A stretch of DNA of 64,000 nt from Cyanobacteria bacterium P01_A01_bin.123 (GCA_039815185.1 JBCBZT010000011.1:128474-192473); one strand, 5' to 3'. Shown: positions 21,069-31,206, counted from the stretch's first letter. Notes: generated by a model from the letters alone, not told the origin. Program-made: numbers and translations.

Positions 21069-21611
21069 ATGACACGAATCAAGTTGGCTACGGTTTGGCT
21101 GGGGGGATGCTCTGGGTGCCATATGTCGTTTCTGGATTTAGATGATTGGTTGTTTGAGTTGGCGAGTCAGGTCGATCTGGTCTATAGCCCCTTGGCTGAT
21201 ATCAAGACCTATCCAGAGGGCGTAGATGTGGCACTGGTAGAAGGGGCGATCGCCAATCAAGATCATCTCAACATGATTTATCAAGTGCGCGATCGCACCC
21301 GATGTCTAATCTCCTTTGGCGATTGTGCCGTGACGGGCAATGTCACTGCCCTCCGCAATGTGAGAGACACTGCCGAATCTGTGCTGACGCGGGCCTATAT
21401 CGAGGCGGCTGATGTTGAAGCCCAATTGCCTAAAGGAGATCTGGTACCCAAGCTATTAGACCGGGTGATGCCCGTTCACCAGGTCGTTGATGTCGATTGC
21501 TATCTGCCAGGTTGTCCACCCAGCAGCGATCGCATCAGAGCCGTTGTGGAGCCTCTAATCAAAGGCGATCAGCCTACCCTGTCAGGTTCCGATCTGATCC
21601 GGTTTGGATAA
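21069..21611 (+). CDS. hoxY: Bidirectional hydrogenase small subunit HoxY
   Basis: WLGGCSGCHMSFLD, FGDCAVTGN, LPGCPP. Confidence 0.95.
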   Translation: MTRIKLATVWLGGCSGCHMSFLDLDDWLFELASQVDLVYSPLADIKTYPEGVDVALVEGAIANQDHLNMIYQVRDRTRCLISFGDCAVTGNVTALRNVRDTAESVLTRAYIEAADVEAQLPKGDLVPKLLDRVMPVHQVVDVDCYLPGCPPSSDRIRAVVEPLIKGDQPTLSGSDLIRFG

Positions 21612-21663
21612 AAGAAATAGCAGAAAATAGTTTGAGGAAGAAAAGGTTGATGAGGAATTGATC

Positions 21664-22143
21664 ATGACCACCTATTACCAAATTCGTTGCGCCCAGGGTA
21701 ATTCAATATACGCAGGTAATGGCACTTTTGTTAAAGAGCCAGAATGATTGAAGGGTTCCTTCTTTTCAAACATTTCTGCTGCTAGTTTAGCTGCTGAAAA
21801 ACTTAACGAGCAAGGCTATGGCAATGGCCAATGCTCAGCAGTTGTTCGTAGAATTGGTTGGTTCTCTGACCCAGTTTCTGGTGTTTTGAATTTTGATCAT
21901 TCTGAAAGAGATAACTTTGTAGAAACGAGTAGCATTAAAGACTCTGTTAGCAAACTTGCAGAAGAAACCAATAAAAATCTGATATTCAACCCTGATCATC
22001 CTGCAACAACGCTATGCGTGATTTCGTGGAATGACTGTGCTCATCCCCATGAAAGGAATACAGTCACACTAAGGCAAGGAGAGACTTTTTACTACCATGA
22101 TTGGGATGGCAGTAAATGTGTTTTCAGAACCTATGACTGTTGA
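21664..22143 (+). pseudogene. Hypothetical gene interrupted by an in-frame TGA at 21745-21747
   Basis: SD GAGGA then ATG 21664; 27 codons, TGA, then continues in frame into ORF 21748-22143. Confidence 0.6.
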
Positions 22144-22295
22144 TGTCAGTTTTTCATGCTGCAAAAATAATTTCAGAGCGCCAATCTCACGCTGGCCAGA
22201 TTGCTTAATACCCTGAGCGTTACTGGGATGCTGAGCATACAGGCAATCTGGCTTGCAGTATCCGCAAAGCTGTGTAGCGACACTACTATATTCCT

Positions 22296-22328
22296 CTTCA
22301 CAAGTTCCTCACGCTTTTGATTTACAAC
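22296..22328 (+). promoter_or_regulatory. CCTCA direct-repeat promoter module, copy 7 (before CBS-hoxH)
   Basis: CTTCA-caagtt-CCTCA-cgcttttgatt-TACAAC. Confidence 0.8.
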
Positions 22329-22390
22329 TGGTTTGTCCATAGCAATAGTGCATCTATTGCCAATAGTTCGATTTACCAGGGAGTTTGATC

Positions 22391-22819
22391 ATGTTAACCG
22401 TCAGAGACATTATGACTCGATCCGTGGTGATGATTCGCAGTTCAGCCACGGTTGAGAATGCGATTTGGCTCATGCAGGCTAAGGGGGTGCGATCGCTGAT
22501 TGTAGATAAATGTCATGCCGAAGGTTCCTACGGCATCGTCACCGAGAAAGACATTGTTTATAACGTGATTGCTCGGGGAGAAGACCCCACCCATGTTCGG
22601 GTTCTCAGTATTATGCGGCAACCCTGTATTCAGATTCCGATTAGCGCCACCGTACAGGAAGCAGCACAAATTCTTGCAGATGCTGGGATTCATAGGGCTC
22701 CGGTAATTGAGAATCATGACCTATTGGGTATCGTCTCCGTAACCGATATTTTGACGAAGGGCAGTTCTGTTAACCCACCGCAGGATGACCTTGCCTCAAT
22801 GGATTTGAACATGGTCTAA
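22391..22819 (+). CDS. CBS-domain pair protein (CBS-CP12-like N-part, no CP12 domain)
   Basis: V.DIMT, YGIVTEKDIVY, IM.QPC, GIHRAPV..LLGIVSVTDIL. Confidence 0.88.
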   Translation: MLTVRDIMTRSVVMIRSSATVENAIWLMQAKGVRSLIVDKCHAEGSYGIVTEKDIVYNVIARGEDPTHVRVLSIMRQPCIQIPISATVQEAAQILADAGIHRAPVIENHDLLGIVSVTDILTKGSSVNPPQDDLASMDLNMV

Positions 22820-22843
22820 CACAGCCAAGGAAAAACAATTTTC

Positions 22844-24283
22844 GTGAACAGAATCGTTATTGATCCGGTGACTCGGATTGAGGGCCACGCCAAAATCTCC
22901 ATCTACCTCGACGACCAAGGTGAAGTTGCCGATGCCCAGTTTCACGTTACCGAATTCCGCGGATTTGAGAAGTTTTGTGAGGGGCGGCCCTTCTGGGAAA
23001 TGCCAGCCATTACCGCCCGCATCTGCGGTATTTGCCCAGTTAGTCATCTGCTGGCTTCGGCTAAAGCGGGCGATCGCCTTTTGGCCGTACAAATTCCCCC
23101 AGTAGCAGAAAAGCTGCGGCGGCTGATGAACTTGGGGCAAATTATTCAATCCCACGCCTTGAGCTTTTTTCATCTCAGCAGCCCAGATTTGCTGCTGGGT
23201 TGGGAGAGTGACCCAGCCGAGCGCAATCTCTTTGGCCTGATGGTAGTGGAACCAGAACTGGCTCGGGGTGGCATTCATCTGCGCCAGTTTGGGCAATTGG
23301 TGATCGAACAGTTGGGCGGGCGTAAAATTCACCCGTCATGGGCAGTGCCCGGTGGCGTCCGATCTGCCCTGTCTAAAACTGGGTGTGATGATATTTACGC
23401 GCATCTGCCCCAAGCCAAAGCTATCATTTTGGCCACCCTGGATCGGTTTAAGCACTTGCTTGATGGTTTTCAACAGGAAACCCATATCTTCGGTAACTTT
23501 CCCAGCCTATTTATGGGGCTGGTAGCTGATGATGGAACTTGGGAGCACTACGATGGCCATCTGCGCTTTGTCGATAGCGGCGGCAACATTATCGCCGACC
23601 GACTCGATCCTAGCCACTACCAGCAGTTTATTGGTGAGGCGGTACAGCCAGATTCCTACCTAAAATCACCCTACTACAGACCATTAGGCTATCCCGACCA
23701 AGCCCAGCACTGTCGTTTGGAGAGTGGCCTGTATCGGGTCGGGCCGTTGGCGCGGCTGAATATCTGCGATCGCACCGGCACGCCCTTAGCCGACAGGGAA
23801 TTCCGAATTTTCCGTCAACACGGCACGGTGAACAGCTCCTTTTTCTATCACTACGCCCGCCTGATCGAAATTCTCACCTGTATCGAGCGAATTGAAACCG
23901 CCCTACATGATCCAGACTTGCGGGGTGACCCTTTGCGATCGCGAGCTGATGTCAATCAACGCGAAGCCATTGGCGTGGGGGAAGCCCCCCGAGGCACGCT
24001 ATTTCACCACTACAAAATCGACGAAACTGGTCTGCTCACCCAGGTCAACCTAATTATTGCCACCGGCCAAAACAACCTGGCCATGAACCGGACGGTTGCT
24101 CAAATTGCTCGCCACTATATTCACGGCCTAGAAATTCCAGAGCGTATGCTCAACCGCGTAGAAGCAGGCATTCGCGCCTTTGACCCCTGCCTCAGCTGTT
24201 CTACCCATGCTGCTGGACAGATGCCTTTGCACCTGCAACTGATTGGGGCCGATGGTCAGGTGTTGCATCAGGTGTATCGGTAA
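22844..24283 (+). CDS. hoxH: Bidirectional NiFe hydrogenase large subunit HoxH
   Basis: [20 protein letters not shown] (L1), DPCLSCSTH (L2) plus C-terminal cleavage extension. Confidence 0.96.
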   Translation: MNRIVIDPVTRIEGHAKISIYLDDQGEVADAQFHVTEFRGFEKFCEGRPFWEMPAITARICGICPVSHLLASAKAGDRLLAVQIPPVAEKLRRLMNLGQIIQSHALSFFHLSSPDLLLGWESDPAERNLFGLMVVEPELARGGIHLRQFGQLVIEQLGGRKIHPSWAVPGGVRSALSKTGCDDIYAHLPQAKAIILATLDRFKHLLDGFQQETHIFGNFPSLFMGLVADDGTWEHYDGHLRFVDSGGNIIADRLDPSHYQQFIGEAVQPDSYLKSPYYRPLGYPDQAQHCRLESGLYRVGPLARLNICDRTGTPLADREFRIFRQHGTVNSSFFYHYARLIEILTCIERIETALHDPDLRGDPLRSRADVNQREAIGVGEAPRGTLFHHYKIDETGLLTQVNLIIATGQNNLAMNRTVAQIARHYIHGLEIPERMLNRVEAGIRAFDPCLSCSTHAAGQMPLHLQLIGADGQVLHQVYR

Positions 24284-24285
24284 AG

Positions 24286-24318
24286 CCTCACAAAATCCTC
24301 AACTCTACTCCCTAGGCT
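24286..24318 (+). promoter_or_regulatory. CCTCA direct-repeat promoter module, copy 8 (before hoxW-hypAB)
   Basis: CCTCA-caaaat-CCTCA-actctactccc-TAGGCT, in a 75-bp intergenic gap. Confidence 0.8.
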
Positions 24319-24358
24319 TAAAGGTGAATACCTCTATCCCCAAGGAGACTTACCCCTA

Positions 24359-24889
24359 ATGCTTGCTTCCCCAAAAACTCAGGTCTCTACCCAATACGAC
24401 TTTTTGATCATTGGTTACGGCAGCGAACTACGAGGGGATGATGCCGTGGGTCCTCGGGTTGCGATGGCTGTGGCTGAATGGCAACTCCCGTCAGTTAAAT
24501 CGCTGGCAGTTCACCAGCTGACACCAGAACTGACCGCCGATATGGCCCAAGCCCACTACGTGATTTTTGTGGATGCCTGCGGTAGAAGCTGCGCCCAAAC
24601 GATTCAAATCGATCCGATTGGGGTTAGCAAATCGACATCTGATGTTATCCCCGCTGGGACTCACAGCAATACCCCCTCGGTCTTACTCAGCCTGACCCAG
24701 CAGCTCTACGGTCACCATCCCCAGGGCTGGCTGCTGCAAGTTTCCACTGAATGTTTTGATTTGGGTAGTCAGCTTTCTTCAACGGCTTGTCAAGGTTGCG
24801 ATCGCGCCCTCAGAACCATTGAACAGTTCTTCAAAACCTATCGACGGCCATTCTTAATGGGCCAAGCATCATGCATGAAATCAGCCTGA
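24359..24889 (+). CDS. hoxW: Hydrogenase maturation protease HoxW
   Basis: IIGYG.ELRGDDAVG, HQLTPEL, VIFVDA. Confidence 0.9.
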   Translation: MLASPKTQVSTQYDFLIIGYGSELRGDDAVGPRVAMAVAEWQLPSVKSLAVHQLTPELTADMAQAHYVIFVDACGRSCAQTIQIDPIGVSKSTSDVIPAGTHSNTPSVLLSLTQQLYGHHPQGWLLQVSTECFDLGSQLSSTACQGCDRALRTIEQFFKTYRRPFLMGQASCMKSA

Positions 24890-25212
24890 TGCAGGCAGCG
24901 CTATCTGTCGCGATAGATCATGCCAAAGCAAACGGAGCCAGCAGAATCCACCGGATTCAACTGCAGGTCGGCGCGTTATCCGGCGTGGTACCTGATGCAT
25001 TGGATTTTGCTTTTGATGTCGTTAGCGCTGGCACCCTGGCAGAAGACGCTGAGCTAAAGCTAGAAACCATCCCCACCTTGTGTTACTGCGCCCATTGTCA
25101 GCAAACCTTTCAGCCATCAGGCTGGGTTTATGACTGTCCTCATTGCCATCAGCTCAGCACTGATATTCGCCAGGGTCAAGACTTAGAACTCACATCGCTG
25201 GAGGTTTCGTGA
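24871..25212 (+). CDS. hypA: Nickel chaperone HypA
   Basis: MHE start, two CxxC motifs. Confidence 0.95.
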   Translation: MHEISLMQAALSVAIDHAKANGASRIHRIQLQVGALSGVVPDALDFAFDVVSAGTLAEDAELKLETIPTLCYCAHCQQTFQPSGWVYDCPHCHQLSTDIRQGQDLELTSLEVS

Positions 25213-25213
25213 C

Positions 25214-25984
25214 ATGTGTGGAAACTGTGGATGCCAAACTGATCAATCACCGTCAATGGAAATTGATGCTCGACAGATCCTGCATTTACATCAAAACGTG
25301 CGGGCTAAAAATGACCAGTATGCAGTGCAAAATCGGGTTTTGTTCCGCCACCTGTTAGCGCTGAATGTGCTGGCTTCCCCTGGTGCAGGCAAAACTGCGT
25401 TAGTTCAGCGCCTGCTGCAAGATCTGCATCTGATTTCGGGGGCTGACCCACTGCATAGTCGAGATGTGCCAATACGGGCTGGGGCGATTGTCGGCGATCT
25501 TGCCACCGATCGCGATGCTAAGCGATTGCGCCAAACCGGAATTCCAGTCGTGCAAATTACGACGGATAATCTCTGCCATTTAGATGCCCACAGCATCGCC
25601 CAAGCCGCCCAAAAGCTCGATCTCGCCAACCTCGATCTATTGATTATTGAAAACGTGGGTAACCTGGTCTGTCCTGCTGCCTACGACCTGGGAGAAGACC
25701 TCCGCATTGTGCTGATGTCGGTTACCGAGGGAGAAGATAAACCACTGAAATATCCCACCATGTTCAAGTCGGCCCACGCAGTCGTGATCAGCAAAATCGA
25801 CCTCAGCGAGGTCGTCGGGTTCAAGCGGGATGAAGCCCTGCATCACCTGAGTTTGGTTGCACCCCAGGCGCTAATTTTTGAGCTTTCTGCTGTCACGGGT
25901 CAGGGATTGGCAAATTTTTACGCCTATCTAGGACAGGAGATCTTTCAATGTCAGGCGAAGCAGGATCCGGTTCCAGCGTCATAA
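25214..25984 (+). CDS. hypB: Hydrogenase nickel GTPase HypB
   Basis: MCGNCGC, SPGAGKT, ENVGNLVCPA, EGEDKPLKYP. Confidence 0.95.
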   Translation: MCGNCGCQTDQSPSMEIDARQILHLHQNVRAKNDQYAVQNRVLFRHLLALNVLASPGAGKTALVQRLLQDLHLISGADPLHSRDVPIRAGAIVGDLATDRDAKRLRQTGIPVVQITTDNLCHLDAHSIAQAAQKLDLANLDLLIIENVGNLVCPAAYDLGEDLRIVLMSVTEGEDKPLKYPTMFKSAHAVVISKIDLSEVVGFKRDEALHHLSLVAPQALIFELSAVTGQGLANFYAYLGQEIFQCQAKQDPVPAS

Positions 25985-26009
25985 CTTCCTCAAACTCTTC
26001 GCTTATTCT
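25977..26009 (+). promoter_or_regulatory. CCTCA direct-repeat promoter module, copy 9 (before DUF355-hypFC)
   Basis: CGTCA-taactt-CCTCA-aactcttcgct-TATTCT; overlaps the hypB stop. Confidence 0.75.
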
Positions 26010-26045
26010 CAAAATTGAGACCATTTCTTCATCGGAAGGAGGAAG

Positions 26046-26528
26046 ATGGAACTTCGATTAGTTGACATCAAGCTGCCCCCTGAGAGCAACCTGATTTTGG
26101 GCCAGAGCCACTTCATTAAAACGGTGGAAGACCTTTACGAGGTGATGGTCAATGCCTCTGCCCAGCTTCAATTTGGGCTGGCGTTTTGTGAAGCCTCTGG
26201 CCCTTGTCTGATTCGAGCGGCAGGTAACAACGAGGTGCTCCAAACCGCAGCGGTCGAAAATGCAGAGGCGATCGCCGCGGGTCACAGTTTCATCATTTTG
26301 ATGAAGCAGGGGTTTCCAGTGAATGTGCTCAACGCTATCAAGCAGTGTCCAGAAGTTTGCCGCATTTATTGTGCGACGGCTAATCCGGTACAGGTGGTGG
26401 TTGCCGCTAGTGATCAAGGACGCGGCATTTTGGGGGTAATTGATGGTGCTGCACCGGTGGGAGTTGAAGGAGCCGAGGACGTTGCTGAACGCCAACGGTT
26501 CTTACGACAAATTGGCTATAAGCTTTGA
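26046..26528 (+). CDS. Adenosine-specific kinase family (DUF355) protein
   Basis: NLILGQSHFIKTVEDL, FCEASGPCL, VCRIYCATANP, GRGILGVIDG, IGYKL. Confidence 0.85.
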   Translation: MELRLVDIKLPPESNLILGQSHFIKTVEDLYEVMVNASAQLQFGLAFCEASGPCLIRAAGNNEVLQTAAVENAEAIAAGHSFIILMKQGFPVNVLNAIKQCPEVCRIYCATANPVQVVVAASDQGRGILGVIDGAAPVGVEGAEDVAERQRFLRQIGYKL

Positions 26529-26534
26529 TTTGTC

Positions 26535-28844
26535 ATGGCAATCGCATCCCCAACTCAACATCGAAATCGTCTGACCTTACAGGGAACCGTGCAAGGCGTC
26601 GGATTTCGTCCCTTCGTGTATCGGTTGGCAACGATGCTGGAGCTCGTTGGTGGAATTAAGAATACGTCCCAGGGGGTGGTCATTGAGATTGAAGGTTCCG
26701 AAAAAAAATTAGAGTCGTTTCGGCAGAGGCTCCTGCAGGAGCTACCACCCCACGCCACCATTCAGACACTAACGCGACAGGAGTTGCCCACCCAGGGGTT
26801 CAGTCAGTTTCAGATCTGGTCTTCTGAGACTAATGGGGATGAGTGCAAGGTGCAGATTCTCCCAGATCTGGCCACCTGCCCCGAGTGTTTGCAGGATATC
26901 TGCAGGGCTGATAATCGCCGCTACGGATATGCATTTACCAACTGTACCCACTGCGGCCCCCGCTTTAGCATTATCACGGCGTTGCCCTATGATCGCCCAC
27001 ACACAACGATGGCAGCCTTTTCAATGTGTTCAGACTGTCAGGCAGAATATGCCGACCCTCGCGATCGTCGTTTTCACGCCCAGCCTAATGCTTGCTCCAA
27101 ATGTGGGCCACAGCTAATCAACCGGGTTTCTTCTCATATTCATCTAGCGGACTGTCAAGTCCGCGATCGCGCGATCGCGGCCCTCCAGCAAGGCAAAATT
27201 GTTGCCCTCAAAGGACTTGGCGGTTTTCAACTGCTGGTAGACGCCCAGAATCCCGCTGCGGTTAACCACCTGCGACAACGCAAGGGGCGGCCAGATAAGC
27301 CGCTGGCGCTGATGTATCCAACGTTGGCGCAGGTACGTTGTGACTGTCTTGTATCAGAGACAGCGGCAACAGTACTAACCTCGGCCCAAGCCCCGATTGT
27401 GCTGCTGCCGCAACGCGCTGATGGCTCCGCCCTAGCAGATGGTATTGCACCGAAAAATCCCTATTTGGGCGTCATGTTGCCAACGACGCCACTCCATCAT
27501 CTGCTTCTACGGCAATACGGTTCACCCCTAGTCACCACGAGCGGCAACCGTTCGGGTGAACCCATTTGCATTGATGAGCAAGAAGCCCACGAGCGGCTTA
27601 ACTCGATCGCAGATGAATTTTTAAGCCACAACCGCCCTATCCAACGCCCCGTTGACGATAGTGTCGTGCAAATCATACAGGGGCGGCCTCAAATTTTGCG
27701 CCACGCCCGGGGCTACGCACCGCAGGCAATTCAGCTTGCTCATCCGATGGCTGCCGATACTCGAATTTTAGCTGTCGGTGCCCATCTCAAGAATGCAATT
27801 GCCTTATCCCTAGACGATCAGGTGGTGCTCAGCCAGCACATTGGTGATTTGGATACCCCACAGGCGATCGCGCAGTTGCAGCAAACCGTCACTGATTTCC
27901 TTGCCCTCTATGCTTGTCAGCCGACCGCCATTGCCTGCGATCGCCATCCAGACTATGGTTCAACTCAACTTGCCCGGACCTTAGCCCAGCAATGGGATAT
28001 ACCTCTGATTCCTGTACAGCATCACTACGCCCATGCATTGGCGAGCATGGTTGAACATCAGCTGTCTGCACCCGTCCTTGGTATTGCCTGGGATGGCACG
28101 GGCTATGGCTTAGATCAAACCGTTTGGGGGGGAGAATTTCTGTGGATTACGGAGCAGGGCTTTGAACGGGTCGCTCACTTGTTGCCCTTTCCCCTGCCGG
28201 GAGGAGATGCATGCAGCCGAGAACCCCGACGGTCAGCCCTCGGCCTACTTTACCGCTGTTATGGTCAAGCCGCTTTTGAGATGACGGATTTGGCTCCTGT
28301 TCAGGCCTTTACAGCGACCCAGCGCCTTGTCTTGCAACAAATGCTCAGCGGCGGGATCAACACGCCAATGAGTTCTAGCATGGGGCGGCTATTTGATGGC
28401 ATTGCAGCGCTGCTTAATTCGCATCAGTTGGTCAGCTTTGAAGGCCAAGCGGCAATGGCGCTAGAGTTTGCGATCGCCGAAACGACCATTGAACAGGGCT
28501 ATCCGTTTACGATTACTGGAATTCAGCCTTACCTGATTGACTGGCGACCGATGGTGCAAGCTATCGTATGTGACCATCGCCAGGGAATACAAACAGCCGC
28601 CATCTCGGCTAAGTTTCATCGCACCTTGTTAAACATCATGCTTGCGATCGCCCAACGCATCAACATTCCTCAAATTGTACTGACTGGCGGCTGTTTCCAA
28701 AACCGACACCTTAGCGAGCAGGCGATTCAACACCTCGGTGTCGAAGGCTTTATCCCCTACTGGCACCAGCGGATCCCTCCCAATGACGGCGGTATTGCCG
28801 TGGGGCAAGTGCTTGCTGCTTTACGCCATCTTACTCACACCTAG
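26535..28844 (+). CDS. hypF: Carbamoyltransferase HypF
   Basis: GTVQGVGFRPFVY, two CxxCx18CxxC zinc fingers, QHHYAH, PPNDGGIAVGQ. Confidence 0.96.
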   Translation: MAIASPTQHRNRLTLQGTVQGVGFRPFVYRLATMLELVGGIKNTSQGVVIEIEGSEKKLESFRQRLLQELPPHATIQTLTRQELPTQGFSQFQIWSSETNGDECKVQILPDLATCPECLQDICRADNRRYGYAFTNCTHCGPRFSIITALPYDRPHTTMAAFSMCSDCQAEYADPRDRRFHAQPNACSKCGPQLINRVSSHIHLADCQVRDRAIAALQQGKIVALKGLGGFQLLVDAQNPAAVNHLRQRKGRPDKPLALMYPTLAQVRCDCLVSETAATVLTSAQAPIVLLPQRADGSALADGIAPKNPYLGVMLPTTPLHHLLLRQYGSPLVTTSGNRSGEPICIDEQEAHERLNSIADEFLSHNRPIQRPVDDSVVQIIQGRPQILRHARGYAPQAIQLAHPMAADTRILAVGAHLKNAIALSLDDQVVLSQHIGDLDTPQAIAQLQQTVTDFLALYACQPTAIACDRHPDYGSTQLARTLAQQWDIPLIPVQHHYAHALASMVEHQLSAPVLGIAWDGTGYGLDQTVWGGEFLWITEQGFERVAHLLPFPLPGGDACSREPRRSALGLLYRCYGQAAFEMTDLAPVQAFTATQRLVLQQMLSGGINTPMSSSMGRLFDGIAALLNSHQLVSFEGQAAMALEFAIAETTIEQGYPFTITGIQPYLIDWRPMVQAIVCDHRQGIQTAAISAKFHRTLLNIMLAIAQRINIPQIVLTGGCFQNRHLSEQAIQHLGVEGFIPYWHQRIPPNDGGIAVGQVLAALRHLTHT

Positions 28845-28854
28845 GAGCTAAACC

Positions 28855-29160
28855 ATGTGCCTTGCGGTACCGGGAAAAATCATCAGTATTGAAGGAAAAG
28901 ACTTGGCGTTTAGAGGCCGAGTCAGCTTCGGTGGTGTGGTTAAAGAAGTCAGTCTGGCCTATGTGCCGGAAGCTCGGGTAGATGATTATGTTGTGGTTCA
29001 TGTGGGCTTTGCGATTAGCAAGCTCGACACCGATGAGGCGGAACAGACACTTCATTACCTCGAACAGATTGTGAATAACATTGACTCAACAGAGCGTCAT
29101 AGTAGAGTCGCAGCTCGCTCCGCTAGTTTAGATCGCTCCCCTTTGAGCAAGGTCATATGA
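28855..29160 (+). CDS. hypC: Hydrogenase chaperone HypC (C-terminally extended)
   Basis: [27 protein letters not shown]. Confidence 0.92.
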   Translation: MCLAVPGKIISIEGKDLAFRGRVSFGGVVKEVSLAYVPEARVDDYVVVHVGFAISKLDTDEAEQTLHYLEQIVNNIDSTERHSRVAARSASLDRSPLSKVI

Positions 29161-29575
29161 CCGCCTAAGGGGTCTGCTTTAAATCGTTCGACGACATAGG
29201 TCAGCCCATTACTGGCAGCATCCAGATAGGGGCTATCAATCTGATCTATATCCCCAGTTAGCACAATCTTTGTTCCCTCTCCGGCCCGCGTCAGGATTGT
29301 CTTGACCTCATGAGGGGTTAGGTTTTGGGCTTCATCGATGATCAAAAATTGGTTGGGAATACTGCGCCCGCGAATATAGGTCAGGGGTTCAATTTGGAGT
29401 AATCCCATTTCTAGTAGTTCTTCGTGTCCCCACCCACCATTTCGGGCTGTTTCTTGAACCGATCGAGTTCTTCAACCACCGTGATGGGCAGAACCACGTC
29501 GTTATCTTCAAATCGCAGCATGGCCTGGGGGTCATGCAGCAACACATTCGTATCTAAGATAAAGATCTTTTTCAT
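29097..29575 (-). pseudogene. PIN-PhoH (PhoH2/YlaK-like) pseudogene with large internal deletion and frameshift
   Basis: N-terminal [29 protein letters not shown] joined out of frame near 29430 to the C-terminal PhoH part [22 protein letters not shown]. Confidence 0.88.
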
Positions 29576-29686
29576 GTATGTTTCGACCGTTGCTCTATTC
29601 TCGACGCAGAGGATTTCGTGGCTTTGTTAAGCAATAACGGTAGCAGCGCGGCAACAACAATCACCAGGTAGTCCATTCCTTTGAGG

Positions 29687-30070
29687 GGTTCTGTCGCAAA
29701 CAGCAGGTAAAGCTGTAGCAATCCCATAATATATTTCAGATGTTACGCTGCTAGGTCAAAGATGCGATGAATGAAAGAGAGCTGCCCTGCCCTGCGATGT
29801 CGTTACGCTTGACATCTTGGAGCTGACCTTTATGAATCATGGCCATCGCCTCATCCGCCTTGAAGGGTACGCCTAGCTCTGTGGAATGAGCCAAAGCCTA
29901 ACCCTGACTTGACTGAGCGTTTGATGTTGCGATGGTCTTGCTCCGCAAGATTGTTGAGATGTTTGTTTTGTCGGAATTCAGTTGCCACGAGCAATTCTCC
30001 CTCGCACTTGAGTTCCTCGACTACGGCGGGATAAGCGGCATGTTTATTGACATTGATTACACGCGGGTGC
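29687..30070 (-). mobile_element. IS6-family remnant (3' part of transposase plus terminal IR)
   Basis: IR GGTTCTGTCGCAAA at 29687-29700; PRVINV.K.AAYP, HLNN..EQDHR.IKR, GFGSF..ARRTL, frameshifted. Confidence 0.85.
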
Positions 30071-30329
30071 CATGCCAACGGGCGAAGAGGGGTACTTTGC
30101 TGGGCTGTACTGATAAGTCCCCCTTACCATATAGCCCCACATAAGGCTGCCCATCTTGAAGCTGCTGCATGCAAATGGGACGGAAAGCTATTGTGTGGTC
30201 ATTGCTGTAGTTAACGTCGCATTCCCCCGGCGGATGCGCGAATTGTGCCACTCGAATGTTGTCCCAGTGGTGAGTTTGGTCAGTTGGGCTTGGGGAATGG
30301 GGTGAGCTGATTGGACGGGTTGCTGGCAT
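30070..30329 (-). pseudogene. Truncated AraC-family regulator, N-terminal fragment
   Basis: WDNI.V.QF.HPPGE..GLYGKGD.S..P..VPLFARW; HTH absent; abuts the IS6 fragment. Confidence 0.6.
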
Positions 30330-30678
30330 TGTGTCAAGTCTATGCAGACTAATCCGATTCTAGTCACGTCGTACTGGGCGATTCAAAGCTCTGCCACATT
30401 CCGAAATCTTTCTGATATGACACTTACAATTAGATGATGCTCACTTTTCATTTGGGGGATGGTTATACTGAATTTTTCTACCTAACTACCCATATAACAT
30501 TAGGCTGATAATTTTCTACCTAATCACCTCTAGAAGGGTATTAGGTTGTAGTTAGACAGCTTTCGTTAGAGATGTAACAGCTCTGGAATTTTGAGTCAGT
30601 GTATTTATCCAGTTAAAATATTTGTTCCTGGAGAATATCCCAGCTTAGGAAATGGTTGCACTTAATTTATAGGCTAAC

Positions 30679-31206
30679 ATGAAAAAACCAAGTCATCAAA
30701 TCTTAATCACACGCTTTTTATGGATTATTTCAGGTTTTCTTGCCCTTGGCACATTCCTCGACGCAGTTGCTAATGCTATCAGCTTAATTACACTTCCCAT
30801 TGCATTATTTGGAACAGCTCTTATTGTAGTTTCGTTATTTTCTGTACAGTTTTATTTGAGCCGAAACCCTTTAAGCTGGGTAGCGAACGGGTCATCTGTC
30901 AAAATTTCTAAACTGAATTTAGGCTTAGTATTACCTTGCCTGGGAATGCTTGTGTTGCTTTGGATTCCTCCGATATTTAATGATGGTTCCAAATCTCAAT
31001 CGACACAACTTTCTGTTCCATGTGTAAATGGGAGTGGCTCAGGCGGATGGATGTATGAGGACTTGCCTACTCACTATTTCCCTTTGGGCTTAATTACTGT
31101 CAACGAGTGGCCATTACGCTCGATCCCAGATCACCCAATGTATGATACAAATGCTTCATGGAGTACCTATGGAACTTGTATCATTATTCCGGCTAAATAC
31201 CCATAA
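30679..31206 (+). CDS. Hypothetical membrane protein, AT-rich
   Basis: Three TM segments, low GC. Confidence 0.6.
   Translation: MKKPSHQILITRFLWIISGFLALGTFLDAVANAISLITLPIALFGTALIVVSLFSVQFYLSRNPLSWVANGSSVKISKLNLGLVLPCLGMLVLLWIPPIFNDGSKSQSTQLSVPCVNGSGSGGWMYEDLPTHYFPLGLITVNEWPLRSIPDHPMYDTNASWSTYGTCIIIPAKYP

Noticed and set aside
21633..21655. Two TGAGG (reverse CCTCA) copies after hoxY as a minus-strand module
   Set aside because: Spacing is 18 bp with no TA at +12; the second is better explained as the SD of ATG 21664
22796..23332. 178-aa minus-strand ORF and similar long antisense ORFs elsewhere
   Set aside because: They overlap well-supported genes on the opposite strand and carry no recognisable motifs
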